Positions 57,892 through 64,000 of a DNA stretch of 64,000 bases are shown here, in pieces. The notes beneath the pieces were generated by a model. That model saw nothing but the letters and a program-made list of their open reading frames with translations, was not told the DNA's origin and searched no databases. The stretch is taken from the NCBI GenBank assembly GCA_963747775.1, contig CAVVGT010000005.1, forward strand, positions 3,148 through 67,147. The letters are read 5' to 3'. Source of the DNA: an uncultured beta proteobacterium. Its GTDB lineage: Bacteria > Pseudomonadota > Gammaproteobacteria > Burkholderiales > SG8-39. A program made the translations under genes and the position numbers. Numbering within the stretch: the first letter of the stretch is position 1; each line of letters begins with the position of its first letter.

Positions 57892-59186
57892 AGCAGCCGC
57901 AACCAGGCCTGCGCCTGTGCATCGGTCACATTCACCGGCTCCAGCCCTTCCCTGATGCGCTGGTTGCGCTTGAGGTCGACCAGGGCGAGGCCCGGATAGG
58001 CCTTGTACCAGACCTGGGTCGGCAACTGGTGGCGGCGCTGGTAGTGCTTGAACCTGTTTTCGATGCGCGCGCCGCGCGCGACCAGCCAACGCGTGCGCGG
58101 CCAGCCCACGCCGTGGCTGAAAGCGAGATTCAGGCCCCAGGCCACCTTGTTGATGAAGTCGTCCATGTAGGCCTCGTGACCGCCGTCGTAGTTGCTGGTG
58201 AAGACGAGCCGGCGCTTGTCGTCGAGAAAAGCCCAGAACGCGAAATGGATCGTCTGCACGCGCGCGAGAAAGCCGCGCGTGAAAAGATGGCGGCAGGTGT
58301 AGTCGATCAGCACCAGCAGCACGGTGACGAGCCAGCGGCGGAACCATCCCGGCTTGACCGAGCCGATCGCCGTGTACTGGTTGGACACGTCGTGGTCTTC
58401 CAGATGCTGCAATTCCAGCAGCACCGCGCGGTCCGGGGGCGGGCAGATTTCGGCGTCGCCGTTCTCTTTCGTGCGCAGGATGTAGATCAATAGCGGCGAC
58501 AGGACGATCAGCAGCGGCAGCAGGATCAGGCCCACAAGCGGAATCGCAACGAGATGCAGGAGCTTTGCGATTTGCCAGCGCAGCGGCGTCGGATCCGGCG
58601 GCGTCAGGCCAAGCCTCCCGGCGCTTACTTCGGCATCGACGAAGTCGATCAGCTCGCGCCGGAGCTGCTGGGCTTGCGCGGCCGATGCGAGCGGCGCGCG
58701 CGGCACTTTCGCGGCGAGCGCACGTCGCAGTGCGCCTTCCTCCTTGATCTGCCGCACCGTGCGACCGACCCAATTGATGTAATTGGCAGCGAGCGGACGT
58801 TGATGCGCTTGCATCCAGGCGAGCAGGTCGCCCTGCGCGTCGAAGCCGTCGCAGTGCATGAAGATCCGGCGCAGGCCCGCGCCCGCGCGCTGCGCAAAGT
58901 CTGCGATGCACTCGCTGGCGGGCCCGTCACAGCTGACGATAAACGCAAGGTAGACCGGCAGGCTCGGGCGCGGGACACCGTGCGCTTCAATGTCGCCGAG
59001 CGTCGGATCGTCCAGCACCGCCAGCCGGGCGAAATGCAGGCGCTCGAATTGCCCGAACGGCAAGACCGCGTTCGCCGGGTCGGCCATGCCCGGCTGCGAG
59101 TTCATCGCGTCCAGCAGTTCCCGCAGGCTGCGCTCGCGACCCGGTGTGACCCGTGCCAGCACCATGAACTGGGACTGCGGCGTCAC
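57888..59186 (-). CDS. 432-aa membrane-associated hypothetical protein co-transcribed with the DyP peroxidase
   Basis: Soluble N-domain, then TM segments (LLHLVAIPLVGLILLPLLIVLSPLLIYIL; WLVTVLLVLIDY). No family recognised. Confidence 0.55.
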   Translation of the reverse strand: MTPQSQFMVLARVTPGRERSLRELLDAMNSQPGMADPANAVLPFGQFERLHFARLAVLDDPTLGDIEAHGVPRPSLPVYLAFIVSCDGPASECIADFAQRAGAGLRRIFMHCDGFDAQGDLLAWMQAHQRPLAANYINWVGRTVRQIKEEGALRRALAAKVPRAPLASAAQAQQLRRELIDFVDAEVSAGRLGLTPPDPTPLRWQIAKLLHLVAIPLVGLILLPLLIVLSPLLIYILRTKENGDAEICPPPDRAVLLELQHLEDHDVSNQYTAIGSVKPGWFRRWLVTVLLVLIDYTCRHLFTRGFLARVQTIHFAFWAFLDDKRRLVFTSNYDGGHEAYMDDFINKVAWGLNLAFSHGVGWPRTRWLVARGARIENRFKHYQRRHQLPTQVWYKAYPGLALVDLKRNQRIREGLEPVNVTDAQAQAWLRLL

Positions 59187-59207
59187 GGCGTCATCTCCCT
59201 TCCCCCC

Positions 59208-61358
59208 TCACCCCGGCAGGCACGGCCGCAGCTGCTCGTAGCCGTCGGCGAGGAGCAGGTCGAGCCGCGGCGCCGCGCCGCTCTCGGCGCGCACGAGCTC
59301 GGACGCGGTGCGCTCGAGCCCGGCGACTGCGGGCGCCGGCTCGTAGGCCTCCCCGCGCGCCGACGGAAGCGGCGGCGGCATCGGCGTCTTGTCCCGCGCC
59401 GCGGACGGGGCGCCCCACAACGCGAGGCGCGCGTAGATGCGCGGCGCGCAGTGCTTCACGCTCGCCACGACCCGCTCCGGCGGGCCGGCGAGGAAATTCG
59501 GCGGCGAGCGCTCCGCGGTCGCGTGGCAGCCCGCGCACAGCGAATAGAAGGCGGCGAACGGCGCCGCGGCGCCGTCGACGGGCATCGGCGGCTGCGGCGC
59601 TTCGACCGCGGCCGGTGGGAGGCGTGAAGCGTCCTCGCAGCACCACTCGCGCGCGGGGACCCCGAGCTGCGCGAAGAGCGCCGAGAGCACCCGCACCCGG
59701 CTGAACGTCCGGGCGGCGAGCGGTGCGTCGTCACCCGGCTCGCTGGCGAGCGCGGCGACGGCGCTCCGCACCGGCGCGAAGTCGTCGATCGCGGTGACGG
59801 TCGTGCGCGCGGACACTTCGCGGACGCCGCCCCGGGCACGCGCCTCGGCCGGCTTCCAGGCGAGCGCGATGCCGGCGATCGCGGCACCGTCGGCGAGCCG
59901 CGCGTTCGCGCCCCGGCTGCCGAGCGTGACCGCCGCGCGGCCCACGCCGGCGTCGAACGTGCCGGCCGCCACATCGAGATGCTCGAGCGGCGGCGCGCCG
60001 TCAACCTCGAGCGCGCCGATTTCGCCGCCCGCGACGCGCGTGCCGCGGAGGTCGAGGCGCCCGGCTACGCGCAGCGGCGTGTCCCCGGTACCGACGCACT
60101 TGAACCGCGCGCGCGACCCGGTCCAGGCGATCTCGCACGGCGCTTCGCGGCGCCGCTCGACCGGGCGTTCGCGGCCGGCGTGCGCCGCAAGCTGGCCCTC
60201 GAGCACACGGATGTCGACCGCGGTGACGAACTCGGCGAGCCCGGCCACGAGGCGGCGCGCGGTGTCCGCCCCGGGCGAGGCCCACACCTCGAGGGGCGCG
60301 CGCGGCGCGAGCGGCTCGAACGCCGCCGGGACATGCGCGGCCGCGAGCCCCGCGGGGCGCAGGGCGCCTTCGGGGGGCAGCGGGTCGCGGTTCGGAACGT
60401 CCGGGTTCGGGATGGCGATCCCGGACGGCCATTGGGCGCTCCAGGCGCGGCCGAATGCGGGCAGGAACTCGTCGCGCCAGATCGGCGAGCGCTCATCGAA
60501 CGCGCGCTCGTCGGTGAGCCGGTACTGGAGCGCGGCGACGAGCGCCGCGCCGCGGCACCGGGCGCCCGCTGCGCCGTCGCCGCAGCCGACGCGCCACAGT
60601 AGCTGCCAGACGCCGAGCAGATTCGCGCGGTCGGTCGCGGCATCGATCGCGTCCGGAACGTCGACGCCGCGCTGGATGGGGACGCCGTGATACGCCGCAC
60701 GCTCGTGTCCCCCATCGCCGTCGGGGCGCGCGAGGCGCGCGGCGACGCGCGGGTTCGCGTTCGTCTCCTCCCACACCTGTCGCGAGAAAAGCGGCGCGAG
60801 GTTCTGGTGGCAGGCGGCGCACATCGCGCGGCGCGCGTACACGACCTCGCGCGCCCCGCCCGCGCGGTAATCGCGCACGATCTGAAACTCGAACCGGCCG
60901 GCCGCCTCGTTGTAGCTGATCACCTCGACCAGGTCGCTCTTCTCCTGGTAGCCGAGGTAGATCCGGTCCTTCGCGAGCAGCACGCTTCCCCGTGTGGCCT
61001 CGCCGACGATCGCCGCCACCACGCGCGGATGCCTGAAGAACTCCGGTGCGGCCGCGGTGCGCTGGAGCGATCGCCCGAGCGGAATGAGCACTTGCTTGAC
61101 GCACGGCTCGCGGCCCGCGCAACCGGCGCGCTCGGCGACGCGCTGCACCAGCGCCGTGAACGGGAACGGGATGTCGAAGACGCGTTTTCCGTCGGCTTCG
61201 CGCGTGACCACGAAATCGAACAGCGACCGCCCCGCAGGCGGCGCATCGGGCCCGGGCGCGGCGGGGTTCACGGCCCACGCCGGCGCGTCCGCGGCGCGCG
61301 GCGCGAGCGGGCACGCGAGCAGGGCCGTCGCGATCGTCGCCATGACCGCGCCGCGCAT
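59208..61358 (-). CDS. secreted protein with two c-type haem-binding motifs (CxxCH)
   Basis: Signal peptide MRGAVMATIATALLACPLAPRAADA; motifs CAACH and CAGCH. Confidence 0.6.
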   Translation of the reverse strand: MRGAVMATIATALLACPLAPRAADAPAWAVNPAAPGPDAPPAGRSLFDFVVTREADGKRVFDIPFPFTALVQRVAERAGCAGREPCVKQVLIPLGRSLQRTAAAPEFFRHPRVVAAIVGEATRGSVLLAKDRIYLGYQEKSDLVEVISYNEAAGRFEFQIVRDYRAGGAREVVYARRAMCAACHQNLAPLFSRQVWEETNANPRVAARLARPDGDGGHERAAYHGVPIQRGVDVPDAIDAATDRANLLGVWQLLWRVGCGDGAAGARCRGAALVAALQYRLTDERAFDERSPIWRDEFLPAFGRAWSAQWPSGIAIPNPDVPNRDPLPPEGALRPAGLAAAHVPAAFEPLAPRAPLEVWASPGADTARRLVAGLAEFVTAVDIRVLEGQLAAHAGRERPVERRREAPCEIAWTGSRARFKCVGTGDTPLRVAGRLDLRGTRVAGGEIGALEVDGAPPLEHLDVAAGTFDAGVGRAAVTLGSRGANARLADGAAIAGIALAWKPAEARARGGVREVSARTTVTAIDDFAPVRSAVAALASEPGDDAPLAARTFSRVRVLSALFAQLGVPAREWCCEDASRLPPAAVEAPQPPMPVDGAAAPFAAFYSLCAGCHATAERSPPNFLAGPPERVVASVKHCAPRIYARLALWGAPSAARDKTPMPPPLPSARGEAYEPAPAVAGLERTASELVRAESGAAPRLDLLLADGYEQLRPCLPG

Positions 61359-61364
61359 CGTGCC

Positions 61365-62273
61365 CTATTTCGTCGCGACGACCTGGCGCGCCTGCGTGCC
61401 CGGCCAGCAGTCTTCCTTGACGGTCCCGGCCTTCTGGAACGCCGCGCCGTCGCGTTCGGCGATGTCCTTGTTGTAGAGCGTGAAGTTGAGCAGGAACACT
61501 CGACCCGTGTAGGCGCGGCCGAGGTAGAAGCCGGGACGGACCATGCGGATCTCGTCGCGCACCTTGACGCCGTGCCGTCCGGCGAGGAAGTCGGGCTTCT
61601 CGCGATAGCCGGGCAGGCCGTCGGAAAAGAAGTAGTCGATGATGATCGACTCGCGGCGGCCGTCGAGCAGGCTCTGCCCGCAGTACAGCCGCGCCGGGAA
61701 GAGTAGCCACTGGTCCTTGCCGTTGATGGTGATCTTCGGCACCGAATCCGGGTTGTCGACGATCGGCTTCAGGACGGTGAGGTCCTCGATGCGATTGCGC
61801 AGCAGCCGGTCATCGCGGTAGAACACCTTGCCCTTCCACAGCAGGCGCCCGAGCTCCTCGACGCGGTGCAGCTTGAGCTCGACCGCGAAGCCGGGCAGCC
61901 CGCCGACGATCTCGGTCAGGCGGCGGTCGCCGCTCGCGCCCATCGGAAACACGAGGTTGCCGTCGAAGGGGCCGTCGGGGATCGGGCCGGCGGTGAGCCG
62001 CGCGTAGATCTGGTCGAGCTGCTCCTGGCTGTAGTTGACGATGTTGTCGGGCGTGAGCTTCGCGAGCTCCGCAGTCGACAGCGGAAAGTCATGCTCGACC
62101 GCCGCGAAGTCGGGTTTCGTGGCGTAGGCCTCCCCGGCTGGCGCGAACTTGATGTCCGGCGGCGGATGCAGCAGGTTGTTGAGGGCGTCGCAGCCGGCGA
62201 GCGTGGTGGCGAGGCCCACGGCGAGGCCCGCAGTGATGCTGCGTGTGAAGGCGATGCGGCGTGGCGAGCTCAT
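61365..62273 (-). CDS. lipoprotein, function unknown
   Basis: MSSPRRIAFTRSITAGLAVGLATTLAGC carries a lipobox (LAGC). 302 aa, tail of ORF 61365..63938. Confidence 0.65.
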   Translation of the reverse strand: MSSPRRIAFTRSITAGLAVGLATTLAGCDALNNLLHPPPDIKFAPAGEAYATKPDFAAVEHDFPLSTAELAKLTPDNIVNYSQEQLDQIYARLTAGPIPDGPFDGNLVFPMGASGDRRLTEIVGGLPGFAVELKLHRVEELGRLLWKGKVFYRDDRLLRNRIEDLTVLKPIVDNPDSVPKITINGKDQWLLFPARLYCGQSLLDGRRESIIIDYFFSDGLPGYREKPDFLAGRHGVKVRDEIRMVRPGFYLGRAYTGRVFLLNFTLYNKDIAERDGAAFQKAGTVKEDCWPGTQARQVVATK

Positions 62274-62287
62274 GGTAGTTCCCTCGT

Positions 62288-64000
62288 TCACAGCGTCGCG
62301 AGGAAGGCGATAAGGGCCTTCTTGTCGGTTTCGGGCAGATCCTCGCCGAAGGTGTGGCCGTCGTTCTCGACGTCGGCGGTGCAGCTCGAGTAGAACTCGA
62401 CGAGCTTGCGGTGCTGGCGCATCGTCTCGATCGGCCGGTCGGGGGCCTTGCGCAGCTCCGCCGCGACCGACTGCAGCTCGGTGGCCAGCGCCTTCGCCTC
62501 GTCGGCGCCGAACTGCTTGGCGAGACGGCCGCTCAGCGCGTCGGGCCGCAGCTTCAGCTCGAGGAGGTCGCGCACGAACGCCTTGTGGTCGAAGTTCCCG
62601 AGGCTGGCGGAGTTCATCCCCTTCGGCAGCACGACGGTCATCCCGACCAGCTGCTTCTCCTTGCCGTCCTCCACGGTCCGCAGGCCCACCGGCAGCGGTA
62701 CGTCGACGTCGAAGCGGGTGATCTTCGGGACGCGCTTGCCGGGGTTCAGCAGCTCCTCCATCGACGTGACGAAGAGCTTGAACCGGCCGTCGACGCTCGG
62801 GTCGTACGGCCAGCAGGCCGGGGCCTTCTCCGCCGGGAGGGTTTCCTTCGTCTGCCGGTCGACGTACGGCGAGCGGTAGAACTGGTTCTCGGCGTTCTTC
62901 GGCTGGCCACAGATCTCCGGTCCCATGGCGTTGTTGTGCATGAACGGCGCGTGGGCCCACAAGCTGACGAGCGAGAGGTTGCGGTAGTAGCTGCGCCCGC
63001 CGTCGGCCGGCTCCTTCACGTTCGGGTCGGCGGGGCGCGCCCGCAGCGTCTCGGAACCGTACTCCTGCCACACGTGGCCGCGCCATGTGGTTCGAGTGCA
63101 GTGCGCGGCAGCGGTACGTGCCGACTCCGCTGACGAGCGTCGCCTGGTCGTTGCCGAGCCAGTCGCGCCGCAGGCCGGTCTTCTCGTCGAGCGCGCGGAA
63201 GTCGCGGTTCTTGAACGCGCCGCCCTGCGCCTCGGAGACGCTCGAGTGGCAGCGCGCGCAGGTGGCCGCGAACACCTCGCGCCCGCGCGCGACCGCGTCG
63301 GCGCCGAACTGCCGGTCTAGCTCGGCGACCAGGTTGTCCTGCGTGTAGGAGGCATTGGCGCCCTTCGCCTTCAGCTCGTTGTGGCGCGCGACCGCGAGAT
63401 CGGTCGCGTGGTTCTCGTTGGAGAACAGGAACGCGGCGATGTCGGGCAGGCGGTCCTCGATCGCGCGGAAGTTGGGGCAGTCGCGACGGCACTGGCCGAT
63501 GTCGAACGGCGACTGGCCGAAGTTGCGCGCCTGCGGGTCGAGCTGGCGCAGGTCCGTCAGGTGGTTGACCCAGCACTGCTCGGAGCACGAGCCGATGTTG
63601 AAGTACACGCGCTGGATGGCCTCCAGCGCGCCGATCGAGTCCTCGCCGCCCTTGAGGATGTGGTGCACCGTCTCCTTGGCGCGCGACTGCAGCCAGCACT
63701 TGCCGTCGCGGCCGGGCTCGCACCAGCACTTCGTGCCCGCGGCCGGCGTCGCGGAACACGCCGCGACCTTGCGCCACTTGATGACGTCCTCGTCGGGAAA
63801 CGTCGGGCGCTGGTGCAGGTTGATGAGCGCGTTGATGGTGCCCGGGTTGCTGACGCGGTCGGTCGGGATCGCCGAAGTGTCGGACGTCCCGGGGCGCGCG
63901 TGCGAGAACACCTGGTACTCGAGCGACGCGTAGGGCATTCCGGAGCCGAGCAGCTCGGAGATGCGCAGATACTGGTTGCCGATCGCGCCCTTAAGGTTCT
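62288..64000 (-). pseudogene. cytochrome c peroxidase/MauG-like haem protein, 5' end beyond the window, +1 frameshift near 63078
   Basis: CARCH haem motif, ..WAHAPFMHNN.. (compare the CCP APYFHDG region) and CCP-like C-terminus GHTFGEDL..ALIAFLATL. The upstream part is in the frame of ORF 61365..63938 and the downstream part in ORF 62288..63073. Confidence 0.6.

Overview
High-GC (about 68-70%) bacterial chromosomal segment, almost fully coding. I saw no rRNA, tRNA or CRISPR array. Layout: (a) 1-1610 has lower GC and holds an IS3 end, two small cassette-like genes (VOC, cupin) and a roughly 60-codon remnant of an integron-type integrase. (b) 1.6-34.2 kb is a transport and catabolism neighbourhood. 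It contains two Liv-type ABC importers (one with an acyl-CoA synthetase), a MetE-like protein and two iorA paralogs. One iorA has iorB; the other is frameshifted and followed by tandem thioesterases. The region also holds MarR, Rieske dioxygenase alpha and beta subunits, one orphan and one complete TRAP transporter set, an enolase-superfamily enzyme, a VOC protein, two glycosyltransferases and a DHDPS-like aldolase. A membrane spermidine-synthase-like protein is preceded by a 95-bp tandem repeat that spans its start codon. (c) 34.3-55.0 kb is the most interesting part: a roughly 20.7-kb island of conflict or immunity-type genes. These are a 1271-aa ParA-like/TIR-like/STAND/TM/TPR protein, a DUF4062-type protein, two DUF4071 paralogs (one fused to a trypsin-like protease), and a TIR protein coupled to a multi-TM protein. 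The island also encodes a thermolysin-like peptidase, an M6 peptidase, an MBL-fold hydrolase, an alpha/beta hydrolase and a GH108 muramidase. By gene content it matches no named defence system I know. (d) 55.1-64.0 kb is a haem peroxidase and cytochrome cluster (catalase-related, DyP, CxxCH proteins, CCP/MauG-like). Four apparent +1 frameshifts occur in otherwise conserved genes, which could mean assembly error or pseudogenisation. Limits: no similarity searches were possible. All family calls rest on motifs and architectures I recognise in the translations. Coordinates come from the ORF track. Internal starts were derived by codon counting, and base-level positions read by eye may be off by 1-2 nt.
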